From: Candidatus Heimdallarchaeota archaeon
GTDB taxonomy: Archaea > Asgardarchaeota > Heimdallarchaeia > Hodarchaeales > Hodarchaeaceae
Assembly: GCA_019057635.1 (NCBI GenBank)
Contig: DXJL01000039.1
Location: 1-29,397 of the forward strand
Direction of reading: 5' to 3'
DNA length: 29,397 nt
Shown: positions 8,288 through 16,525 of the stretch, in pieces
How the letters are laid out: every line of letters begins with the position of its first letter
Numbering within the stretch: the stretch's first letter is position 1
Program-made: the position numbers and the translations under genes
The notes under the pieces: model-generated
Database searches by the model: none
Told to the model about the DNA's origin: nothing
What the model saw: only the letters and a program-made list of their open reading frames with translations

Positions 8288-9978
8288 AAGATATTATGTT
8301 ACATAATAAGGAATTGTTGAGAATAGGAACAGAATTATCTCAATCCGATAAAGAAGTCCAAGAATGGCATCAATGGTTTCTTCGACAGACAGAATTATAC
8401 AAAAATTCGAAAATAAGCTCAAAAGTATATCAGAACATACTGGAGCGGTATCGGATCTTCTTAGAGAAGAAAACGAAAAAGAAAATTCCTTCTTCTGAAA
8501 AATCTATCTTGACAGAAGAAATCAAAGATGGTGAGTCACCAGAAGGTGATTTCAAGATGGTATCATCATCCTCCGTTGATTGTCCTTCTTGTGGGAAATC
8601 GAATTCCCCCCTTGCACAGTTTTGCATCTATTGTGGTGGATCGATCGCTAAAAAATCAAAAGCGTCAGAACAAAAAATCATGGATTCGCGATCTGATCCA
8701 GCAGCTGAAGAAAAAGAGATCAGAGAATCAGAATTAAAATCTGCTGATATGGAGGATTCTGAAAAGAAAGTTCTGACAGAAGGATCGCAGATTCAAGAGT
8801 CTGATGCTTCGGGATTAGGTAAAGATTCATCTCCCAAAACACCCAAAAAATTACAAATCTTACCGATGAAGCCAAAACAAAGAGTTTCGAAAACACCTGT
8901 TGAGGATGATCGAATTCGTGTACCCCAGGTAGAAAGGAAATCTCGAGAGTATTCAGGACGAGAATCGCAAATTAAATTATCAAGAATCATCTCAAAAAGA
9001 ACTATGATTATTGGAGTGGGTTCTTTTACTTCTGCACTAATGATTATTATAATTTTATCATTAGGAGAAGAACGAATAGGGGTCGATAGGATATCTGTTG
9101 CATTAATTCTCCTCGCTTTTCTATCTACAGTTTTTAGCTTGGTAATTGATGTACTAAGGGAAAGGAATTTTGCAGAATGGAGTGCTCTTGGCGCTATTAT
9201 AAGCTATTTCGGGATTTTCCTAATTTTCATTCCTTTACTTGTTTATGTGATTTTTCCAACAGGAATAGAAGAAGATTTTCTAGTTTTTGTGCCTGAAGTT
9301 GTTGGGATAGTCCTTCTGGTCATAGGAGTGACTTTACGGTGGACAGAATATGATGAAAGGTTAGTGAATTTAATTACTATCACCATAGGTTATTGGAAAA
9401 ATTATCAAAAAAGGGAAGCGATTAAAACCTTTCTCATAGCAATCGGTACATTCTGTGTGGGGATATTTAAAGCTATAGTTGGTGGTTTTCGTCGTCTTCC
9501 AAGTAGATTTAAAGCTTTTTTTGGAATAGTAAAACAATTTTTTATAGATTACGGAATAGCCACCATTACCCAACTAATAACTGCATTTACACGCATGTCC
9601 AAAGCTTTGTGGAATCATACCCACTGGATTGGATTACTAGCTATTCTCGTATATCTGTGGCTTACAGGCTTTTCTACGTACCAGAATATTGAGTTATTAA
9701 TTATAATGAGTTTCTTTTTCATTTTAGGAATTCTTTATTCTAATTCTGAACGGATGAACAAAGTTGTTAGTAGTACAAGGGTCACTATCCTGAAAGGAGT
9801 GATTAGTGCGCATTCGATGTTGACAGGAACTAGGATTAAGACAGAAGAAGCAATTTTTTGTTCTCGTTGCTTAAGAGGGGTGCATGAAATTGAGTATGAG
9901 GAGCTCAAGCATGTTGAGCAGAAACAAGTCCCAGAATGTCCTTACTGTGGGCACGAAAATTGGGTAACAGTCAATTAG
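8284..9978 (+). CDS. Membrane protein with an N-terminal zinc ribbon, charged low-complexity linker, TM bundle and C-terminal zinc finger
   Basis: CPSCGKSNSPLAQFCIYCG near 8581, a S/K/E-rich linker, about 6 TM segments plus amphipathic helices, and FCSRC...ECPYCG at the C-terminus. ATGA overlap and GGAGGG RBS. Confidence 0.85.
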   Translation: MKDIMLHNKELLRIGTELSQSDKEVQEWHQWFLRQTELYKNSKISSKVYQNILERYRIFLEKKTKKKIPSSEKSILTEEIKDGESPEGDFKMVSSSSVDCPSCGKSNSPLAQFCIYCGGSIAKKSKASEQKIMDSRSDPAAEEKEIRESELKSADMEDSEKKVLTEGSQIQESDASGLGKDSSPKTPKKLQILPMKPKQRVSKTPVEDDRIRVPQVERKSREYSGRESQIKLSRIISKRTMIIGVGSFTSALMIIIILSLGEERIGVDRISVALILLAFLSTVFSLVIDVLRERNFAEWSALGAIISYFGIFLIFIPLLVYVIFPTGIEEDFLVFVPEVVGIVLLVIGVTLRWTEYDERLVNLITITIGYWKNYQKREAIKTFLIAIGTFCVGIFKAIVGGFRRLPSRFKAFFGIVKQFFIDYGIATITQLITAFTRMSKALWNHTHWIGLLAILVYLWLTGFSTYQNIELLIIMSFFFILGILYSNSERMNKVVSSTRVTILKGVISAHSMLTGTRIKTEEAIFCSRCLRGVHEIEYEELKHVEQKQVPECPYCGHENWVTVN

Positions 9979-10223
9979 AAGGGTGAAACAATGATAAAAA
10001 CATAAGTACTAAGGATTAAAATGTTTTTATTAGCGTTTTTCGTGACTCTACGGCTGATTCCTCTTCAATTTATTGGGCATCGATCTCAAAAACTGAGAAC
10101 ACCTTCCAAAGCTGAAGAAATAAAAATATCTCAATCATTATCGGTTACGAGAAGATTCAACCAATTCTGACGTGGTTCGAAACCTTCAAAATGAGCTAAT
10201 AGATAAGGCTATCTTCCTAGATA

Positions 10224-10463
10224 TTGCAGAAGGTAAAAGTCATAGTCTGGACAAACAAATTTGTTAATGCAACTCGTGAGTACCGTCGACAGATGTGGGA
10301 TGAGATCTATCTCAGAATGATTCGTCAAGCTGACGAGTTCATTCGTAATACGGTTAGAACTGATTATTTGCAGGAACTTGTTACAATTAAGCGTCATTGT
10401 CCCGAATGTGGAGGAGAAATTCTTCTTGAAAAAAAATCAGATAAAGTAGCATACTTATTTTAA
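10224..10463 (+). pseudogene. Possible gene remnant or small hypothetical protein with a lone CPECGG knuckle
   Basis: 79-codon ORF with a TTG start directly after in-frame stops and no RBS. It has only one CxxC pair before the stop. Short protein-like open stretches occur upstream in other frames. Confidence 0.3.
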
Positions 10464-10517
10464 ATGGAGAATGGGGAATATGTCCTATCGCAAATAAGAT
10501 GAGAATGGGGTCTTTAC

Positions 10518-11615
10518 TTGATCTTTACACTTGATTTAATCATAACTGTGACAATTGCTGTTTTGTGTGTATCAGCCGAAATCATAATTGCTGTTAGTCT
10601 GTCAAGACGCTGGATAAAATATAATGCAAAGACTTTGACTATATTTCTCATGGCATTGGCCTCACTATTTCTCGCTGATAGCTCAGGCTTAATAGCAATG
10701 TTTATTACAGACGAATCATTGCTGATCCCAGTCTATAAGTTTTCATTAATAGGTTCAATGATATCTGTGTGTTTCCTCCTGTATTTTTTTGAGGCTTTTG
10801 AGTTTGATACGATTTTCACATGGAAGCAAATGGTTCATACATTAATTTTAGGAGGAACAGTGGTTGCCATCTTATTAGGGAACTTCCAAACTATCTTTCA
10901 TTCAGATTTAGAAATATTAACTGTCACTTTAGATCCTCTAAGTGAATTTCTCACCTTTTTCTTACCGGGATTGGGCAGTTTGCTTATTATATTAAGCTTA
11001 TGGAAAGGATATAACGATGCATGGGCTGTACAAAAGAAACAACTACAATATATGATAATAGGGATAATTATCGCTTATATGCTTCCATTTATTCTCAAAC
11101 CTGTTGCCTTATCATTATCTTCAATGGTTTTTACCATTTTCTTACGTGCTGATGTCGCTATTGGCTTCATCCTGTATTTTATTTCATTTGGAAGTCAAGA
11201 AAATTTTGCAGTATTTAATCGACATCAGGCTGAGCGAATTTTAGTAATTCATGAAACTGGTATCCCACTATTCTCCTATGACTTCAAAGCAGATGATGAG
11301 TCGCTTGATGAAGCGTTATTCGCAGGGGGGATTGTTGCGATCACATCATTGATGCAAGAGGCGACACAGTCAACTGCGGATATATCAGAGGTGAAATTAG
11401 AAGACAACAGACTTCTAATGGAAAGAAAAAATCAAGTTTTAGCTCTGATTCTCACACCTCAAACAACTTTTTACCTAAGAGGGGCGCTTAAACGATTCGC
11501 AACAGGATTCATTAGAGAATTTTCCCAATCTCTCTCATCAATTAACTATATCGAGTCAAATACCTATGCAAAAGGTGGAAAACGCCTAGTTTATGAAAGT
11601 TTTGGTGTGGAATAG
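10518..11615 (+). CDS. 7-TM membrane protein fused to a C-terminal longin/roadblock-like domain
   Basis: Seven hydrophobic segments in aa ~5-225, with QKKQL before TM6 as in HisKA_7TM-type sensors. These are followed by ILVIHETGIPLFSYDF...DEALFAGGIVAITSLMQE...ISEVKLEDNRLLME...LRGALKRFATGF, the beta-beta-alpha-beta-beta-beta-alpha pattern typical of Asgard longin-like domains. Confidence 0.75.
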   Translation: MIFTLDLIITVTIAVLCVSAEIIIAVSLSRRWIKYNAKTLTIFLMALASLFLADSSGLIAMFITDESLLIPVYKFSLIGSMISVCFLLYFFEAFEFDTIFTWKQMVHTLILGGTVVAILLGNFQTIFHSDLEILTVTLDPLSEFLTFFLPGLGSLLIILSLWKGYNDAWAVQKKQLQYMIIGIIIAYMLPFILKPVALSLSSMVFTIFLRADVAIGFILYFISFGSQENFAVFNRHQAERILVIHETGIPLFSYDFKADDESLDEALFAGGIVAITSLMQEATQSTADISEVKLEDNRLLMERKNQVLALILTPQTTFYLRGALKRFATGFIREFSQSLSSINYIESNTYAKGGKRLVYESFGVE

Positions 11616-11720
11616 TTCGACTGTTTTCTAACCTTGAATATCAACCTTAATAACCCTTTTTTTAGAGTTTATTTTATGAACTCTGTTGATCATGTCAGAT
11701 TTATGGTGGTGAACTAATTA

Positions 11721-12488
11721 GTGTTACCAGGAATTACTCGTGCGCAGATGATCCAAGTAGATCGATTGATGGAACAACTTGGTATCACTCTATTATTAAT
11801 GATGGAAAATGCTGGGCTTAATCTTGCTCGACTTGCATTTCTTGTTGGTGGAGAAGAAACCTCTTACATCGTAATAGCTGGCTCTGGAGGGAATGCGGGA
11901 GGGGGAATGGCTGCAGCGAGAAGACTAGCTGCGTGGGGACGTGATGTACAGATTTTTCTTCCCAAAGGCCAAGACAAACTCAATAATGTACTTGAAGAAC
12001 AATTAACAAGAGCGAAAATGGTGGGGGTTGACATCTACGATGGGTTACCAGCTGAAGACACCGAAAATTCTCTTATACTCGATTGTTATCTTGGATATAG
12101 TTTTGAATTTAGAGAGGACGAACTGACTGAACAGGTATTTTCCTTCTTTCGAAAAAATACCTCTGTTATCGCATTAGATTGTCCATCAGGAATAGATATT
12201 ACAACAGGTGAGAATTTTAGTCATTTTCAACCATTAGCGACATTAACGATAGCTTTTGTTAAGACTGGATTATTACACTTACAACCCGAATATTTAGGAG
12301 ATTTTTATGTAATCGATATCGGAGTACCAGTTGATATCTATCGTTCTGAAATTGGAATCGAGTGGCAACCACATTTTGATCCAAACGACTTGGAGAAACT
12401 ATCAAAAGCATTTGTACAAGATCCAATTCAAAAAGTTCGGATTTGGAGAGAATCTGAAACAAGTAAGCTAGGATGGGGAACCATCTAG
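11721..12488 (+). CDS. nnrE: NAD(P)H-hydrate epimerase (YjeF N-terminal domain, stand-alone)
   Basis: ITRAQMIQVDR, LMMENAG, GSGGNAGGGMAAARRL, LILDCYLGY, ALDCPSG, TLTIAFVKTGL and VIDIGVP motifs of YjeF_N. Confidence 0.85.
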   Translation: MLPGITRAQMIQVDRLMEQLGITLLLMMENAGLNLARLAFLVGGEETSYIVIAGSGGNAGGGMAAARRLAAWGRDVQIFLPKGQDKLNNVLEEQLTRAKMVGVDIYDGLPAEDTENSLILDCYLGYSFEFREDELTEQVFSFFRKNTSVIALDCPSGIDITTGENFSHFQPLATLTIAFVKTGLLHLQPEYLGDFYVIDIGVPVDIYRSEIGIEWQPHFDPNDLEKLSKAFVQDPIQKVRIWRESETSKLGWGTI

Positions 12489-12521
12489 CTAAATTAAGAG
12501 GCATTTATACTTTACTTTAAC

Positions 12522-13073
12522 TTAGGTCTTTAGAATACCTTGTTTCTTTAGCACTTCTTTCGTAATCACCGAAAAAGCTTCATGAATGTTTTGATTCGCA
12601 TAAGCGGACGTCTCTAAATACTTCACAGGTTGAAAATCAGGGATAACTGTATCTTCTAAAACACCATAGTCAATTTGTATCATATCATCGAGATCGGATT
12701 TATTTCCAAGGAGAACAGTAGGAATCCTATTTTTTCCTAATCTTTCGTCAATTTGACTCTTCCAGTCATATAATTCATCTAAGGAGTCTGAACGTGTTAA
12801 GTCAAATACAAGTAATGCACCATTTGCCTTTCGAAAAAACACATCTCTCAGTGTTTGGAATCGTTCTTGTCCAGCAACGTCAAATAAAATTAAATTCACT
12901 AAAAATCCATTAACTTCGATTTTCCGATTTGAAGGTTCCATACCTATGGTAAGTAAGTAATTAAATTCAAATTTATTTTCAACAAATCTGCGCACGATGC
13001 TTGTTTTCCCTACAGCTCCAGTACCGCATACTATGATTTTCATATGATATTTGGCTTTCTCTGTGTAGTCCAT
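12522..13073 (-). CDS. Rab-like small GTPase (Ras superfamily)
   Basis: G1 GTGAVGKT, G2 YLLTIG, G3 DVAGQE, G4 NKSD, G5 ETSA, plus Rab-like RFQTLR/FFRKA/LVFDLT segments. Confidence 0.95.
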   Translation of the reverse strand: MDYTEKAKYHMKIIVCGTGAVGKTSIVRRFVENKFEFNYLLTIGMEPSNRKIEVNGFLVNLILFDVAGQERFQTLRDVFFRKANGALLVFDLTRSDSLDELYDWKSQIDERLGKNRIPTVLLGNKSDLDDMIQIDYGVLEDTVIPDFQPVKYLETSAYANQNIHEAFSVITKEVLKKQGILKT

Positions 13074-13221
13074 TACAGCTCATACTCCAATGTTTCCCTA
13101 TACAACAACGATCTATTTCACTAAAGAACCAAGACATATAGCTTTACAAGTTTAATAAAATAAAAGGTTAATCATATAAAATCACACAGGAGTTTTTCTT
13201 ATCATTACGTAGGATTGAAGA

Positions 13222-15099
13222 ATGATGTCCATAAAAGAAAAGGTTTCACGAATTCCATGGAAAGAGTACCTCTCAAAGCAAATGGTTAAAATTATTGGAC
13301 TCCTCCTTATCACTTTTTTGCTGATATTTGTCATGATTATCTCGGCGAGTATAGAGGATTTATCAACGGTTACGTATGGCAATACAGAGTATGTAGTTGC
13401 CATTGTTTTATCAACTTTGTGTTTTTTCCTTGTATTAATCGGTTTTTCGAAAATTGTGCTATTCGATATGGCTGATGAGTTCGGTTTGAGAGATGATTCT
13501 GGAAAAATGATGTATAATTCACGTTTTTGGCTATTTACATTGTTAGCATTATCATTTTGCTCCGCTATATATCTTCTCTTGGATGTTTTCCTACAAGAAA
13601 CCTATTTGCAGCTTCTTCCAGTAATTTTTATGCGTGGTATTTTGGATTACTTTAAACTCGATATACCAGGTTTATCTGATGTTGATGGAAGGAAATTTTA
13701 CGAAACGGCAAGGAATCTCTATTTTGGTGGATTTTTTCTTTTAATAATTGCATTCTCAATCATTGTTTTTCTTATAATTTTGACAACTTTTGCTAGACGT
13801 AGAGTTGTTAGAAAATTCAAAAAGGAGGAAGAAGTCGAAGAAAAAGAGAAAGAAGGGGTTAAAACGATATATAAACTATTTGCTTGGATTTTAATCCCTT
13901 TTTTGTTATTTTTTGTAATGGCTTTACAAAATACATCTATCGGACCTATATTGGCGATTGGATATCTTCTTGCAGCAATATGGTGGATATATCAAGTCTT
14001 AAAGGTGATTTTTCAAATTGTGTGGGGAGGTGTAAAGATTACAGCTTTTATTACAAGTGTCAATTTACTTGTGATTATTCCCCTCATTGCTACTTTATGG
14101 CTACTCCCTACATTTCTTTGGGGGATTTGGGATACGGTTCAGGCAGTCACTGATTCATCCTTTACTATGCCTGAGCTTATGAATCTGTTTGTAGATTCAA
14201 TAATTACTAGACTTGTTGATTTTAATAATTTAATTCAACTCGATTTCATAATAATAACAATTATTGCTACTTTGGTAGTAGGATTTGCTGAAGGATTTGC
14301 CATTATCGCGATCTTTTCTGCTTTATCTAGAGGTATAGAAGTAGCGCGAAGTGGACAAGTTCTTGCACGATCTCCACCAAAGGTTATGGTATTTTCTAAA
14401 TATCTTGTTATGCTTGGTGTGTGGGTTTCACTTCTATGGGATAGCTTTGGAGCAATAATTGAAATGTTAAAAAATCAAATTAATTTAAACATACAATTAA
14501 CTGTGCCTAACTTCTTTCATCTGCTTTATAATCAGGTAGTTTTACCCATTTCGGATTATCTTGCTTCTATTTGGCCTACACTAGAATATCTTCCTTACTT
14601 GATTCTTCCAATCATTTTTATTTTCTCAGGAGCGTTTAAATTCCTATCTGTTACATTGGTCACCCCAAAAGTCAAAGATAGGGGTGAAGTATTCTTCCTC
14701 CTCGTGTCTACTTCCTTTGTCTTGATCATCACAAATATCTTAGGTGACATTTACGAATTAGCCATACCAGATGCTCCTTTACGTTCTCTCTCGGGTTTAA
14801 CAACCATTCTTTCTTCTGCTGTTGGCACCTTTGAAAATGTAGAATCTGTTGCTTTTTATGGTGGATTCCTATTTGGAATTGTTTTCATGCTTTGGAAGGC
14901 TATCAAACGAGAAAGTACCCCAACAAGTACTTTTGCTCCAACTGATGATAGTACTCTCCCATCAATTGATACTCCAACTAAGGAATCTGTTATCAAGGAG
15001 ACAACTATTTCGGTAGATATTGAAGATGCTGAACCAGATGAGGCCCAAGACATAGAATTAAGCAGTTCTCAGGAAGAAATGGACTATGTGGAGGAATAG
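13222..15099 (+). CDS. Polytopic membrane protein of unknown function with an acidic Ser/Thr-rich C-terminal tail
   Basis: 625-codon ORF with roughly a dozen hydrophobic segments, a charged loop (RRRVVRKFKKEEEVEEKEKE) and a D/E-rich tail. Confidence 0.8.
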   Translation: MMSIKEKVSRIPWKEYLSKQMVKIIGLLLITFLLIFVMIISASIEDLSTVTYGNTEYVVAIVLSTLCFFLVLIGFSKIVLFDMADEFGLRDDSGKMMYNSRFWLFTLLALSFCSAIYLLLDVFLQETYLQLLPVIFMRGILDYFKLDIPGLSDVDGRKFYETARNLYFGGFFLLIIAFSIIVFLIILTTFARRRVVRKFKKEEEVEEKEKEGVKTIYKLFAWILIPFLLFFVMALQNTSIGPILAIGYLLAAIWWIYQVLKVIFQIVWGGVKITAFITSVNLLVIIPLIATLWLLPTFLWGIWDTVQAVTDSSFTMPELMNLFVDSIITRLVDFNNLIQLDFIIITIIATLVVGFAEGFAIIAIFSALSRGIEVARSGQVLARSPPKVMVFSKYLVMLGVWVSLLWDSFGAIIEMLKNQINLNIQLTVPNFFHLLYNQVVLPISDYLASIWPTLEYLPYLILPIIFIFSGAFKFLSVTLVTPKVKDRGEVFFLLVSTSFVLIITNILGDIYELAIPDAPLRSLSGLTTILSSAVGTFENVESVAFYGGFLFGIVFMLWKAIKRESTPTSTFAPTDDSTLPSIDTPTKESVIKETTISVDIEDAEPDEAQDIELSSSQEEMDYVEE

Positions 15100-15501
15100 G
15101 TCTAAAATCAGGTAGAATTACATGGATAACGAGAAATAGAACTGAATAACAATCATATTCCGTACAGTCTCACGCCTTTCAGGGTTTCTATCTTTGAGAA
15201 CCTCCAGATTTGTTTTAACTAAAAATATCTTAATAAAATGATTCAAAAAACTCCATGGAAAAAAATTCATGATCGGATAATGAGTACAAAATGGCAAGAA
15301 TACATCGTCGGAAGCTCTCCCAGAGTGTTTCTCAGAATCTTAAGTCCTTTGCAAAAAACCGTTCTGATACGTTCAAATTTTATGACTACCCTTTTCACAT
15401 ACGGTTTCGAAGAAAAAGGAGATAATTAAACAAATTTAATCTGAATATCATTGATTTTTTTAGTACACCTCATTAATGCTTAATTAGTTGAGTAGACTAT
15501 A

Positions 15502-16032
15502 ATGCGGTTATTAATCGGAATCACGGGAAATATGGGGTCAGGGAAGAGTCTTGCTGCTGATTATATCACTAGAAAATATCATTGTAAGAAGCTTCGTCTA
15601 TCTGGTAAAATGAGAGAAATTGCTCTAGAGTTGGAGATAGAACCAACAAGGGATTTCCTTCAGGGGATTGGTAAATTTATGAGAGATTTTGATGATGATG
15701 TATGGGTCCGCTACATCTTTAATAAAGTACAATCAAGTGAATCTCCAATAGTAATAGATGATATACGAAGAGAAAACGAAACTAAATACTTACAACCTCT
15801 AGGTTTTCAATTTATCAGGATTGATACTAGATCTGATATTCGCAAAAGTCGAATTGAGAATCGAGGAGGAGGTAAAATAACTGATGCAGATTGGGATAGA
15901 TGGACTACCCATTTAACCGAAAAGCAAGTTATGGAATTAGAAGTTGATTATCAAATAGAAAATAATGGGACGATTGGGGAGCTACAGGAACAACTTGATA
16001 CAGTAATAATGGAAATTCAAAAGAAAAGGTAA
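15502..16032 (+). CDS. P-loop nucleoside/nucleotide kinase (dephospho-CoA kinase/dNMP kinase-like)
   Basis: IGITGNMGSGKS Walker A, RDFLQGIG..MR, IVIDDIRRENE, and C-terminal DYQIENNGTIGEL. Substrate cannot be assigned. Confidence 0.75.
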   Translation: MRLLIGITGNMGSGKSLAADYITRKYHCKKLRLSGKMREIALELEIEPTRDFLQGIGKFMRDFDDDVWVRYIFNKVQSSESPIVIDDIRRENETKYLQPLGFQFIRIDTRSDIRKSRIENRGGGKITDADWDRWTTHLTEKQVMELEVDYQIENNGTIGELQEQLDTVIMEIQKKR

Positions 16033-16038
16033 CTACGA

Positions 16039-16494
16039 TCATTCATAATCTTTTAAAAGATCCATTGAACCTTTCATCTTCTTTTCGACCTTTTGTTTTT
16101 TTCGTGATGCGAGAGCACCTTTTAATTCGTCTACACTGAATTGATCAGATTGTGCAGCTGGAATGTCTTCAAATGTTCCTCCAGTAAGTACCGTTGCTTG
16201 CCCTCCAGGGGGAATACCAGTATCAGGTCTTTTTGCTTGTCTTAAGTATACTTGGAAGGAATCTATGAAATTACGAGCCATTTTCATAACTAATTCATCT
16301 ATTGCCCCAGGATTGTTTAGACCATACTCCAGTCCGCGACGAATTTCTCCAATTTGAGTATTTACGGAATCAGGGTTCGTTTGAAACGCTTTATTCACAA
16401 TAAGATCGATTAATTTTTTCATTTCCTGCCCCATCCATGAAGTGTATTCTTGACTAGACATGATTCCTACTTCAATCTCATGGTACTCTTGCAT
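16039..16494 (-). CDS. Hypothetical protein: helical N-domain, Pro/Gly linker and basic C-terminal helix
   Basis: 151-codon ORF starting 31 bp downstream of the solenoid gene on the same strand, with protein-like composition. Confidence 0.7.
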   Translation of the reverse strand: MQEYHEIEVGIMSSQEYTSWMGQEMKKLIDLIVNKAFQTNPDSVNTQIGEIRRGLEYGLNNPGAIDELVMKMARNFIDSFQVYLRQAKRPDTGIPPGGQATVLTGGTFEDIPAAQSDQFSVDELKGALASRKKQKVEKKMKGSMDLLKDYE

Positions 16495-16525
16495 CTTTTT
16501 ATGTATTACTAAATTTGCTTCTTCA

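Noticed and set aside
8430-9573. Short ORFs 8430..8627, 8528..8737, 8793..8990, 9370..9573
   Set aside because: All nested within the well-supported 8284..9978 gene.
10467-10510. Direct repeat GAGAATGGGG at 10467 and 10501
   Set aside because: Only 10 bp and two copies; the second may simply be the RBS region of 10518. No associated element is visible.
10518-11200. Rhodopsin or true GPCR call for the 7-TM domain
   Set aside because: No retinal-binding Lys motif in helix 7 and no DRY/NPxxY motifs.
15100-15500. ORF 15238..15429 or a structured RNA in the 400-bp gap
   Set aside because: The ORF has no RBS or motif. No tRNA cloverleaf or RNase P/SRP signature was seen; an Infernal/Rfam scan would be needed.
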